A model generated the notes under the pieces. It saw nothing but the letters and a program-made list of their open reading frames with translations, searched no databases and was not told where the DNA came from. 64,000 nucleotides of DNA from Promethearchaeota archaeon (lineage in GTDB: Archaea; Asgardarchaeota; Thorarchaeia; Thorarchaeales; Thorarchaeaceae), in NCBI GenBank assembly GCA_014730275.1, contig WJIL01000132.1, positions 122,026 through 186,025 on the forward strand, written 5' to 3'. Shown in pieces: positions 48,721 through 57,543 of this stretch (its first letter is position 1; every line of letters begins with the position of its first letter). The position numbers were made by a program, and so were the translations under genes.

Positions 48721-48950
48721 TGGGAGGTGAAGCTTGCCCCTCCCAAGGCAAAGAATATATGAGGCGGACTGAATCACCACGTTATCGCTGGTGCAAGATA
48801 TATCTGATTTAGAGTTGCCTGTGAGTGAATCGCACAAATCGATTGATTGCAGCAGCAATATTGCAATGTTGCTTGCCCGATGTGATGTGTGGCTGGTAGG
48901 TGCTAAAGACTTGCTGGACTCGCTTTTGATATTCCGGAGGTGTACTCTCA

Positions 48951-49751
48951 TTGGCTGAACCACCAGAGAAGAGAGCTCGCTATCAGGCATATGAGAAGAC
49001 AGTTTCGGCTTTTGGCAGTCCTAGTCAGAGTCTCTTTGTAGTTGACGATGACGATGAAGTTGATACTTTTCAGCGTGATTTCAACAAATGGCTTGTCTCA
49101 CAAGATATGATGGACGAGAACGGAGAAGAGCCCTATCATTTGGTGAGAATCGGTTATGATGGCGATATGCTAGATGATATGTTCAGACTCACAGTATCTG
49201 ATGAGGCTGGCCATTTTGAGCCAGCTGATCTAGATCCCAGTATGCTCTACTCTAAGCAATCCATTTTTCAGCATCTCTATCAGACTATTACTCAGGACAA
49301 GTTTCTAGTCTTTCACATCACTGAGTTTCCGTTAGCGTACTATTTCGAGACTACCGTGGTAGTTGATGTGGACGATTTATCTGATGTGATCGATCCCGAC
49401 GTCCATGATGAGACCATCTCTCGATATTTGGATGACCTCCGTAGACGAGGTAGTGATGAGCATCGGCGAATTTACAGTTTCTTCTATCGTATAAGCACCA
49501 GTCTTCTCATGGAATTGTCAAATGTCTTCCTTGTTGTTCCTACGACGAATATGCATAACCATCTTGTTGTAAGTAGCTGGCGCACCCAAACTCTACTTCT
49601 CGGTTTTAGTCCACTAACATGGTCTTCTGGCAGCTTCGATGTGTATGACTTGAGTGGCCGGGATATAGATGCGAGATGGGCTTACCCTGCAGAACCTTCT
49701 GATGACCCACGTGTCAAGAAGTACACCAGCTTGGTTCCGTTTGAAAGCTGA
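48951..49751 (+). CDS. hypothetical acidic protein embedded in the CoA-biosynthesis cluster
   Basis: 266 aa. No motif recognised. Sits between coaBC and the pantoate kinase. Confidence 0.45.
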   Translation: MAEPPEKRARYQAYEKTVSAFGSPSQSLFVVDDDDEVDTFQRDFNKWLVSQDMMDENGEEPYHLVRIGYDGDMLDDMFRLTVSDEAGHFEPADLDPSMLYSKQSIFQHLYQTITQDKFLVFHITEFPLAYYFETTVVVDVDDLSDVIDPDVHDETISRYLDDLRRRGSDEHRRIYSFFYRISTSLLMELSNVFLVVPTTNMHNHLVVSSWRTQTLLLGFSPLTWSSGSFDVYDLSGRDIDARWAYPAEPSDDPRVKKYTSLVPFES

Positions 49752-49822
49752 TGGATATATACATTATATACAGATACCATAATTGTATGGTCATTTATAT
49801 AACGGTATACTCGTACGATGCA

Positions 49823-50758
49823 ATGAAAGCGAAATTGACACAAGGACAATCGAACCCAAACATGGCCTCAGCTTTTGTTCCTGGGCATGTAACGGGGTTC
49901 TTTACCATACACGACGATGCTAGTGATCCGCTCCAGTGTGGTTCTTTAGGTGCTGGATTCTCTGTGGAATCTGGGACTCTCACTACCGTATCCATTCTGA
50001 AGTCAACGGATTCGCGTGTGCGTGTCAAATACAATGGAAATACAATCAATGGAATCGTTTCGAAGGAAGTGGTAATGTCTATGCTGGCGGATAAAGGTGG
50101 CAAATATAGAGTCAATGTGACTCATCAATCGCCTTTAGCAGTTGGTGCTGGCTTTGGAGCTTCAGGCGCTGGTGCTTTGGGTACAGCCATGGCTCTCCAG
50201 AAAATCCTTTTCGGATCTGAAGAACGGATTTCGGCAGCGAGATACGCTCATATGGCAGAAGTCCGAAATCACACTGGTCTTGGAGATGTAATCGCCCAGA
50301 CAGTCGGTGGCTTCGAAATCAGAACCAGACCGGGTGCTCCCGGTATTGGTCAGACTGCTTCTATCGGATATCCTGAAGATATACATGTTCTTCTTGCAGG
50401 ATCTCCCGGTCTTGAAACAGAGAAGATACTTACTGACTCAACGCATCGAAAGAGAATCAATGCAATAGGACAGCGCCTAGTGGAGGAAATAATGTCTAAT
50501 CCCACAGTGGATGTGTTTGTGTCTTGCTCAGAACGGTTCTCTGATGCTATTGGTCTTGCAACTTCTCGTGTGAAGTCTGCCTTATCAGACCTAAAGGCAC
50601 AGGGCTTTACTTGGAGCGGCATGGTCATGCTTGGAGATTCTGTATTCTGTCTCTGTAAAGGAAACTGGAAAACGGCCAGACATATTCTCCGCCAATATTG
50701 GAAGAAGGAGGAGATAGTCGTCACTTCAATTTCAGCAGAAGGAGGAAATCTACAATGA
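49823..50758 (+). CDS. pantoate kinase (GHMP-kinase family, archaeal CoA pathway)
   Basis: GHMP motif PLAVGAGFGASGAGALGTAMAL. Immediately upstream of the phosphopantothenate synthetase with an ATGA overlap. The start is reset from the AT-rich, low-complexity beginning of the ORF to MKAKL. Confidence 0.6.
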   Translation: MKAKLTQGQSNPNMASAFVPGHVTGFFTIHDDASDPLQCGSLGAGFSVESGTLTTVSILKSTDSRVRVKYNGNTINGIVSKEVVMSMLADKGGKYRVNVTHQSPLAVGAGFGASGAGALGTAMALQKILFGSEERISAARYAHMAEVRNHTGLGDVIAQTVGGFEIRTRPGAPGIGQTASIGYPEDIHVLLAGSPGLETEKILTDSTHRKRINAIGQRLVEEIMSNPTVDVFVSCSERFSDAIGLATSRVKSALSDLKAQGFTWSGMVMLGDSVFCLCKGNWKTARHILRQYWKKEEIVVTSISAEGGNLQ

Positions 50759-51567
50759 ACACAGACAAGGTAGTGCCAGATGACCATCCCAGGAAAGAAT
50801 CGCTTGATATCAGAGAACGGATTATTGAAGGTCATGATGATAACATTGTGGCAACTGCCGGACTGTTAGCGCATGGTCGTGGAGAGGCTTTCGACTATCT
50901 AATTGGCGAAAGAACCACTCCTTCAGCTAGACAAGCGGCAAAAGCTGCGGTTGCAGCTCTTCACCTAGCGGAGAAGCCTGTCATAAGTGTGAATGGAAAT
51001 GTGTGTGCGCTGGTACCTGTGGAGCTTGTTGAACTCTCCGAAATCACAGGCGCGCCTCTTGAAATCAACCTGTTTTACTACCGGAGAGAACGAGAAGAAG
51101 CTATGTTGAAGATGTTGAAAAAGGCAGGTGCACAGCAAGTACTGGGAACACATGACCGCCCCTCTGAGAAGATTCCTGAATTAAGTAGCAATCGCCGAAA
51201 AGTTGATTCTGAGGGCATTGCTGTTGCGGATACCGTCCTTGTTCCACTTGAGGATGGTGACCGGACCGAAGCGCTTAGAAGGCTTGGAAAGCGCGTTATT
51301 ACGATAGACCTGAATCCCATGAGTAGGACTGCCATTAACTCCAACATCACTGTTGTTGATAATATCATCCGGGCGATGCCTGTCATGGTTGATTTGGCTA
51401 GAGATCTCAAGTCCTATACAAGTGAAAAGCTTACAAAAGCCCTTGATAGCTTTGATAACAAGAAGAACTTGAGAATCGCGATTCAAGACATAATGAATCA
51501 TCTTAGGGAAATGGCGGACGCCGGGATTATGAAAGACGTTACTGCTGAAAAGGAGGCCTCGACATGA
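50755..51567 (+). CDS. 4-phosphopantoate--beta-alanine ligase (phosphopantothenate synthetase, archaeal)
   Basis: LAHGRGEAFDYLIGERTT and VISVNGNVCALVP resemble COG1701. Gene order matches the archaeal pantoate-kinase/synthetase pair. Confidence 0.65.
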   Translation: MNTDKVVPDDHPRKESLDIRERIIEGHDDNIVATAGLLAHGRGEAFDYLIGERTTPSARQAAKAAVAALHLAEKPVISVNGNVCALVPVELVELSEITGAPLEINLFYYRREREEAMLKMLKKAGAQQVLGTHDRPSEKIPELSSNRRKVDSEGIAVADTVLVPLEDGDRTEALRRLGKRVITIDLNPMSRTAINSNITVVDNIIRAMPVMVDLARDLKSYTSEKLTKALDSFDNKKNLRIAIQDIMNHLREMADAGIMKDVTAEKEAST

Positions 51568-52565
51568 AGAAGACCGTCGATGTTGTAATTATGGGATCGG
51601 GAGCGCTTGGCTCTCTCTATGGCGGTCTTATCCAGCTTACAAACCGAGCCTCAGTTACCCTTGTTGCTCGCCCTAGGCATGTTAATGCAATCAAAGAGCG
51701 CGGTCTTCAAATACGGGGCGTGCTTGGGGAGTATTCCATTGACATAGAGGCAGTACCCGACCCAAAGGAGATTCAACATGCAGACTTGGTTTTCATAACC
51801 ACGAAGTCGTACGATACTAGGAAAGCAGCCCGAGAATTGAAACACCTTGTTAGTGAAGATACATACTTTGTCTGTCTCCAGAACGGAATTGGAACTGAAG
51901 AACTGGTTTCGCGGGAATTGAACACTAAGAACGTGTTACGCGCTACTTCTTGTATGGGCGCCATGACTACTGGAAATGGTGAAGTAAAGGTTACGGGCAC
52001 TGGCATTACCGAAGTTGGTACGCACTACGAAGAAAACTCTGAAGTGGTGGATTACGTAGTCAATCTGCTTCAGGATGCCTCTTTCGAAGCTTCTGGTTCT
52101 GAAGATATAGAGGCTGTTGTCTGGACGAAGACAATCGTCAATTGCGGAATCAATCCTGTTGGTGCGCTAACTGGACTAACTAATGGCGAAGTGTACAAGG
52201 ACAGAGACCTCCGGGCACTGGTAGTCAATTTGGTTGAAGAAGCGGCCGAAGTAGCAGAGGCGCTCGATATCAATCTCAATACTGATGATCCTGTAAGGTA
52301 TACCCTTGGTACAGCTAAAGCGACTTCCGAAAACATCAACTCGATGCTACAGGACATAGTGAAGGGGAAACGTACCGAAATCGACTTCATCACTGGTGAA
52401 ATCGTTCGAAAAGCAGAGAAATTGGGGCTTGAAGCCCCCTTCAGCAAGAGCATGCTAGCCTTAGTTCGGGCGCTAGAAAGAAAGCGGCAAGCAAATGGGG
52501 ATGGCAAGGAGAGTCTCCCGATGCTTCATTCCGAACAGCTCGTGGATCTTGCTTCACGAAACTAG
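51564..52565 (+). CDS. panE: 2-dehydropantoate 2-reductase (ketopantoate reductase)
   Basis: N-terminal VIMGSGALGSLYGG Rossmann motif. LQNG and the conserved Lys/Glu region of the ApbA family. Confidence 0.75.
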   Translation: MKKTVDVVIMGSGALGSLYGGLIQLTNRASVTLVARPRHVNAIKERGLQIRGVLGEYSIDIEAVPDPKEIQHADLVFITTKSYDTRKAARELKHLVSEDTYFVCLQNGIGTEELVSRELNTKNVLRATSCMGAMTTGNGEVKVTGTGITEVGTHYEENSEVVDYVVNLLQDASFEASGSEDIEAVVWTKTIVNCGINPVGALTGLTNGEVYKDRDLRALVVNLVEEAAEVAEALDINLNTDDPVRYTLGTAKATSENINSMLQDIVKGKRTEIDFITGEIVRKAEKLGLEAPFSKSMLALVRALERKRQANGDGKESLPMLHSEQLVDLASRN

Positions 52566-53242
52566 AATCCAAATGTGCGTTTAGCCATACGGTATGATTG
52601 TTCAGCTGCATTGTTGGCATTATGAGTAACAGCTTGCATATGACCTGGCAAGGCAACTTCGAATTTCATTTCACTGAGTTTCTTAAGTGACTTCACTAGC
52701 TTCTTAGGGTCTCCAGTAGGAAAGTCAACTCGACCAAAACTACCTCCGGCGAACATTGTATCTCCAGTAATCATGATGCTTTCACCTAGGACTTCCAGGC
52801 AAACGCATCCGGAGGAATGCCCTGGCGTATGATGTACCTTGAGACTGATATTGCCGAGATCAATTATGTCTTTGTCATCGAATAGTCCGTCTACCTTGAA
52901 CTGCGGAAGGGTCACGCCAAAGGTATCACTTAGTGTTAATTCCATGTTTCCGGAGTTGATTCGGTTTCCTTCGGAGCGATGCAAGTGGATTTGGGGACTA
53001 TTTTCCGAAAGAAACGGAACAACACCTCCAATATGATCAATATGACTGTGGGTGAGAATAATATCCGTGATATCCTGCTGGGATGAACCAATTTTTTCAA
53101 GGTCTTTCACCAGACCCTCATGATACATCCCAGTACCAGTATCAACCAAGGCTTGTCGTTCGTTCCCACCTATCCAGATAATATTGCTATCAAACGAGCT
53201 GCTTCTCCGAAATTTGATGCTATTTGTTATTTCTTCAAACAT
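52562..53242 (-). CDS. MBL-fold metallo-hydrolase (glyoxalase II-like)
   Basis: THSHIDHIGG, HTPGHSSG. Confidence 0.8.
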   Translation of the reverse strand: MFEEITNSIKFRRSSSFDSNIIWIGGNERQALVDTGTGMYHEGLVKDLEKIGSSQQDITDIILTHSHIDHIGGVVPFLSENSPQIHLHRSEGNRINSGNMELTLSDTFGVTLPQFKVDGLFDDKDIIDLGNISLKVHHTPGHSSGCVCLEVLGESIMITGDTMFAGGSFGRVDFPTGDPKKLVKSLKKLSEMKFEVALPGHMQAVTHNANNAAEQSYRMAKRTFGF

Positions 53243-54374
53243 GGTTTCTCACAACATACTCCATTAGCGTATCGATGTCTTTTTCGTTATTATAGAAATG
53301 AGGCGAGACTCTGAGCCGACCATTTCTGACCGAACAGTATATCCGGTGCTTATTCAGTTTCTCATTCAGGACTTCTGGTTCTTCCGGTGTGCATGACACA
53401 ATTGCTGATTTGTTTTCTTTCCTGAAATCGTAATAATCGATTCCCTCCTCGGTGAGCCTTTTCCTAAGATAGTCTGCACAATTCATTGCAGCTTCTTCTC
53501 GAGTCTCTGCTTCAATTTCCAACAAGACATCAAGAGACTCTCGGAATCCCACATATGCCATCATTGCAGAAGAGCCACCTTGAAACCGACGTGCGTCGGG
53601 CAGGAGTTTTCGGCTATGATAACTGAAATCTACCAAATCTTTGACTCCCCACCACCCCGTTGTGATAGGATGTACATCATCCACTGCGGACTCAGAAGCA
53701 TAGACATATCCAGCTCCGATTGGTCCTATGAGCCATTTAGCACTCTGTCCCGCGGCAAAATCAACACCTGACTCTGCAAGATTAAAATCAACACAACCTG
53801 CTGCTTGGATTACATCGACTACTAGATATCCCCCAACATCATGAACGAGTTTTGCAAGTGCCTTCAAATCTGACTTGTAACCTGTGCCAAACTGAATGAG
53901 GCTAACCGCTAGGACTTTCGTGTTTTCGTCTACTGCTTCTGCTAAACGCTCTGGCGGAATTGCTCCTTCAACAGATTCAACTACGCGCAGTTCTGCACCA
54001 TGTGCATGTTCTACATTTTGCCATGGGATGTAATTGGCGGGGAACTCCAAGTCACATACGACCACATTTGATTGGTCTGGATAGTCAATACTGTGTGCTA
54101 TGGCGTTCAATCCTGCGCTGGTACTTGGGACGAGCCCGTAGTTGTTTCGGTCCCCTCCAAGCATTTCTGCAAGTTTGTTCCGGATATCCTTGAATAGTGC
54201 CAATGTGTCCTCAAAATCCCTACACACCGCTGCCCTATCCTCCAAATAGTCACGAACTGCAGCGGCCATTCTGGCTGGAGGGATGCCTGTGGAGGCGTTG
54301 TTAAGATACGTCATATTCTTGAGTGTAGGGAATTCTTTACTGACGAAGTCTGGATCAATTGCATCTGGCATCAT
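53235..54374 (-). CDS. class-V aminotransferase (cysteine desulfurase/SufS-like)
   Basis: PLP fold-type I. VVDVIQAAG, SAKWLIGPIGAGYVY (the PLP-binding Lys region). Confidence 0.75.
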   Translation of the reverse strand: MMPDAIDPDFVSKEFPTLKNMTYLNNASTGIPPARMAAAVRDYLEDRAAVCRDFEDTLALFKDIRNKLAEMLGGDRNNYGLVPSTSAGLNAIAHSIDYPDQSNVVVCDLEFPANYIPWQNVEHAHGAELRVVESVEGAIPPERLAEAVDENTKVLAVSLIQFGTGYKSDLKALAKLVHDVGGYLVVDVIQAAGCVDFNLAESGVDFAAGQSAKWLIGPIGAGYVYASESAVDDVHPITTGWWGVKDLVDFSYHSRKLLPDARRFQGGSSAMMAYVGFRESLDVLLEIEAETREEAAMNCADYLRKRLTEEGIDYYDFRKENKSAIVSCTPEEPEVLNEKLNKHRIYCSVRNGRLRVSPHFYNNEKDIDTLMEYVVRNHV

Positions 54375-54535
54375 TCTTCAAGAGGCGGAGAATCATACTT
54401 CTCTGATAAATTTGCGCACCTAAAGCTTAAGTTGAGGTGACCCACCTAAAGTTTAAGTCTAGCCGATTTACCTTATTGTCTGTACATCTACGGATGATGG
54501 AGTAAGCTGGCAAAGCTAGAGGAGGTTGCCAACAA

Positions 54536-55390
54536 TTGTCTCTGTTTCGGAGGATAGTGGACCGCCTTAAAAGAGCGGTAGGAAAAGAGAGCAAAACAGA
54601 GGACACTGTTGCGCGAAAAGACGAACATGAAGACCTTCCCTCGAAAGAGAAAGCTGCAAGCAGCTCGGAACGCCCCCTCTCAGCTATAGACCTTCCTGTT
54701 TCACCCACAGGAACAGTTTCTGCACAGACGTCGACAATACCTCTAGATACGGAACGAACAGAGAGTCTTGCGAAAGAGGCCAAAATCAAACCTCGTACCC
54801 CTGAAGAGATTGTTCCAGGCAAGCTGTTGAAGAGAGATGAAGAGGGGAGAATCCATATCAAAATCGTATTCTACGGCCCATCCCTTTCTGGTAAAACAAC
54901 TGCGTTGAGATGGCTTTTTGCAAACATCCCATCGTTGAGCCAACGCAAGATGGTCGAAATCAGTGATGAATTGGGTAGAACAACATTCTTTGATTTTCTA
55001 CCCGTAGCTGCACGCGGGAGCAATATTGTATTTGATGTATTCACAGTAGCGGGTCAGCGAAGACATGCTCGAAGCCGAATCAGTGTCCTAAAGGATGCTG
55101 ATGGAATAATTTTCATGGCAGATTCTAGACCAGAGTCTATGAACGAGAATCTTGCTTCCATTGAGGAATTGCGAATTGCACTAGGAACTGACCGGGTGGC
55201 AACGATGCCAATCATTGTCTCCCTCAACAAACGTGATCTTCCCAATGCTCTACCCCCTGATTATATGATACAGATGCTTGATTTGGAGGGCTTTCCGGTC
55301 TTTGAGACCATAGCCACAGAAGGCAAGAATCTCGTGCGTATGTTCCAGCGGGTATTGCGTGATGCACTTGTATTCAAAATCGGTATGTAG
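54536..55390 (+). CDS. MglA-like small GTPase with ~100-aa N-terminal low-complexity extension
   Basis: KIVFYGPSLSGKTTALRWL (cf. MglA KIVYYGPGLSGKTT), TVAGQ, ADGIIFMADS, LNKRDL. Confidence 0.7.
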   Translation: MSLFRRIVDRLKRAVGKESKTEDTVARKDEHEDLPSKEKAASSSERPLSAIDLPVSPTGTVSAQTSTIPLDTERTESLAKEAKIKPRTPEEIVPGKLLKRDEEGRIHIKIVFYGPSLSGKTTALRWLFANIPSLSQRKMVEISDELGRTTFFDFLPVAARGSNIVFDVFTVAGQRRHARSRISVLKDADGIIFMADSRPESMNENLASIEELRIALGTDRVATMPIIVSLNKRDLPNALPPDYMIQMLDLEGFPVFETIATEGKNLVRMFQRVLRDALVFKIGM

Positions 55391-55392
55391 AT

Positions 55393-56169
55393 TCAGGTTC
55401 TTTCAACGGGAAGCTTGCCTTGTTCAAGTTTTCCTATTAGCTCGATGAGCTCTTGTTCAGCCGCTTCAAGTATTCTCTTACCTTTTTCAGGCGTTGCCTT
55501 CTCGGGCTCACCATACATGCCGTTGGGAAGAAGCTCATCTCTATGGATGGCTGACACAATTCTGAATCTTGATTTCACCCGTGCAGAAACCGCTGGCTCC
55601 ATATCTACCAGCTCTGGAGAAACTGCCATAACTTCAGATGTTTCATCTTCTCCCGCATGCCCCATTTCTGTCTCAAGTACTTCTTTGCGTGCATCTTCGC
55701 CCAGGTCCCGCCACCAATTGACAATGATGACGGAGCGTTCTCCCTCCTCTGTGGCCTTTTTGGCTGCCTGTTGAAGTGACGAATAGTTGCCGCCATGTCC
55801 GTTTAGGGCAATAATGAATCTGAATCCTGTGTTGAATACTGATGACATTACATCGGCATAGAATCTTGCCAGATTCTCTGGTTGGATTGAAATTGTTCCT
55901 TTGAACGGCAAGAAGGACCAGCTATCACCAAATGGCATACATGGAAGAACGAGTGCATTGGTTTTCTCTGCAATCCTTTGTCCAAGATGTGACGGTAGGA
56001 TACAGTCGGTTCCCAATGGAAGATGATTTCCATGTGTTTCAACAGCTCCAGTAATGACAACAGCAACTTCGGTCTTCTTGCTTGCGTTCATGAATTCTTT
56101 GTATGTGAGATCACTCCATAGCGGCATTGCTATTCGATTTGGGCACTCGTAAACGGATTTATGAGTCAT
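55393..56169 (-). CDS. creatininase-family amidohydrolase
   Basis: ETHGNHLPLGTD and the metal-binding His/Glu pattern of the creatininase fold. Confidence 0.75.
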   Translation of the reverse strand: MTHKSVYECPNRIAMPLWSDLTYKEFMNASKKTEVAVVITGAVETHGNHLPLGTDCILPSHLGQRIAEKTNALVLPCMPFGDSWSFLPFKGTISIQPENLARFYADVMSSVFNTGFRFIIALNGHGGNYSSLQQAAKKATEEGERSVIIVNWWRDLGEDARKEVLETEMGHAGEDETSEVMAVSPELVDMEPAVSARVKSRFRIVSAIHRDELLPNGMYGEPEKATPEKGKRILEAAEQELIELIGKLEQGKLPVERT

Positions 56170-56312
56170 CCGTTAGATACCTTCAATACCTGTAGAGACC
56201 CCCTGTCCCAGACTCGGCGATTCCAGCTTCACCTAAACGAAAAGGTAATATTGGCTCTGATGATGCCTCCGTATTGAACAGTATTTCGACTGTTTCAAAA
56301 CACGCAATACAC

Positions 56313-56388
56313 AGCCCCGTGGTGTAGCGGTCAAGCATGGCGGGTTCTGGTCCCGCTGACCTAGGTTCGAATCCTGGCGGGGCTACCA
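56313..56388 (+). tRNA. tRNA-Gln (anticodon CUG), CCA encoded
   Basis: Hand-folded. Acceptor AGCCCCG/CGGGGCU has the A1:U72 pair typical of archaeal tRNA-Gln. D-stem GUGU/GCAU, anticodon stem GCGGG/CCCGC with loop UUCUGGU, T-arm CUAGG-UUCGAAU-CCUGG. Discriminator A then CCA. Confidence 0.8.
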
Positions 56389-56399
56389 CTTTTTTCTCC
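56389..56399 (+). terminator. oligo-T tract (CTTTTTTCTCC) immediately after the tRNA
   Basis: Archaeal intrinsic terminators are T-stretches, and this one is placed right after the 3' CCA. Confidence 0.4.
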
Positions 56400-56717
56400 T
56401 GAGCATAGTACATTTCCCCCAACCTTCCAATAAATCGAATAACTGTCTTATTTATATATACATGGGTAAGAGTTAGAATATTAAGGATTTTTAGAATATT
56501 TCTATCAATTTAGCGAAAATCTATAGATTTATAGGCACTCTTGCCCAAATAAACTGTGGAGAAACGATCCCGCACATCGAGGCTAATTACTACGTCTCCT
56601 GCTGGTATGTCTACGTCCCTCCCGGCGAAGATCTGCAGGTGCGGGGGATCTCCACCACGTTGTACTTCTTTTGGATGAAAAGCTTCATATCATTCTCGCG
56701 GACAGAATTCAGAGTGG

Positions 56718-57506
56718 TTGACCCTTATGAAACAAGAAGAACTTGGCTGGGATCAATTCTGGGCTGAGATATTCCGTGTAAAGCATAGAAACTGCATTCA
56801 AGGTATTGAGAAATACGATGAGATGTTAGCTGAGTTCTGCTTTGAAGTACTGGATTTGGATGAAGAAGACCGAGTCTTGGATATAGCCTGTGGTGCTGGA
56901 GATCACGCTATCGAGTTCGCAAAAATGAATTTGGATGTGTCAGCTTTCGACCTTTCTGAGACTCTGATATCTGTAGCTGAGGAGAGAGCGGAGGAGGAAG
57001 GTGTCGAAGTTGATTTCCATGTTGGCGATATGCGTGAAATGGACTTCGAGCTTGAGTTTGATGCTGCAGTTCTATTGAGTCATAGTTTCGGTTTTTTCGA
57101 CCATGCTGAGAATAAACGTGTGCTAAAAGGATCATTCGATGCTCTAGTTGAAGATGGGCGACTACTTCTTGACTTGTTGAATCCCTACAACTTACCAGAT
57201 TTTCAACAAACATGGACAGAACTGGAAGGCGGATTCCTCCTTAGCCGTGCACATGTTCTTGATGCGGCTTCGAGCGTCTTGAGGGGACGTCCGGCAACTT
57301 TTATCGATATTGAAGGGAATCGTCTAGTATCAATGAATCAGGATGCTTTGGCTAACAACGATGTCCGGATATACACGGCACTGGAAATAGAAGGTATGCT
57401 GAAAGACATCGGATTCAAGAAGGTGGAACTTTACGGATCCAATAAACTGCCCAAGATGCCTTATAGCGCAAATTCGGAGCGCATGGTAGTTGTTGCCTGT
57501 AAATAA
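56718..57506 (+). CDS. class-I SAM-dependent methyltransferase
   Basis: Motif I VLDIACGAGDHAIEFA, acidic motif II FDLSE. Confidence 0.8.
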   Translation: MTLMKQEELGWDQFWAEIFRVKHRNCIQGIEKYDEMLAEFCFEVLDLDEEDRVLDIACGAGDHAIEFAKMNLDVSAFDLSETLISVAEERAEEEGVEVDFHVGDMREMDFELEFDAAVLLSHSFGFFDHAENKRVLKGSFDALVEDGRLLLDLLNPYNLPDFQQTWTELEGGFLLSRAHVLDAASSVLRGRPATFIDIEGNRLVSMNQDALANNDVRIYTALEIEGMLKDIGFKKVELYGSNKLPKMPYSANSERMVVVACK

Positions 57507-57543
57507 CAGCTGCCTTCGATAATCTTTTAAGACCAACAACGTC

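Noticed and set aside
48600-48812. Track ORF MTEQMDKETRYKAF... as a real gene
   Set aside because: Only its first ~25 codons resemble the true gene at 48951. The rest is an 18-nt tandem repeat and random sequence. I read it as a decayed duplicate, not a functional CDS.
49751-49822. N-terminal 24 codons (MDIYIIYRYHNCMVIYITVYSYDA) of the pantoate kinase ORF
   Set aside because: It is an AT-rich, Tyr/Ile-rich low-complexity stretch that overlaps the preceding gene's end. The GHMP-kinase homology starts after the internal Met.
56183-56422. 79-aa minus-strand ORF
   Set aside because: It completely overlaps the well-folded tRNA-Gln gene on the opposite strand, so it is spurious.
56389-56717. AT-rich ~330-bp region 3' of tRNA-Gln as a possible integrated element attachment site
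   Set aside because: There is no integrase, no direct repeat of the tRNA 3' end, and no phage or plasmid genes nearby. It is more likely an ordinary terminator/promoter region.
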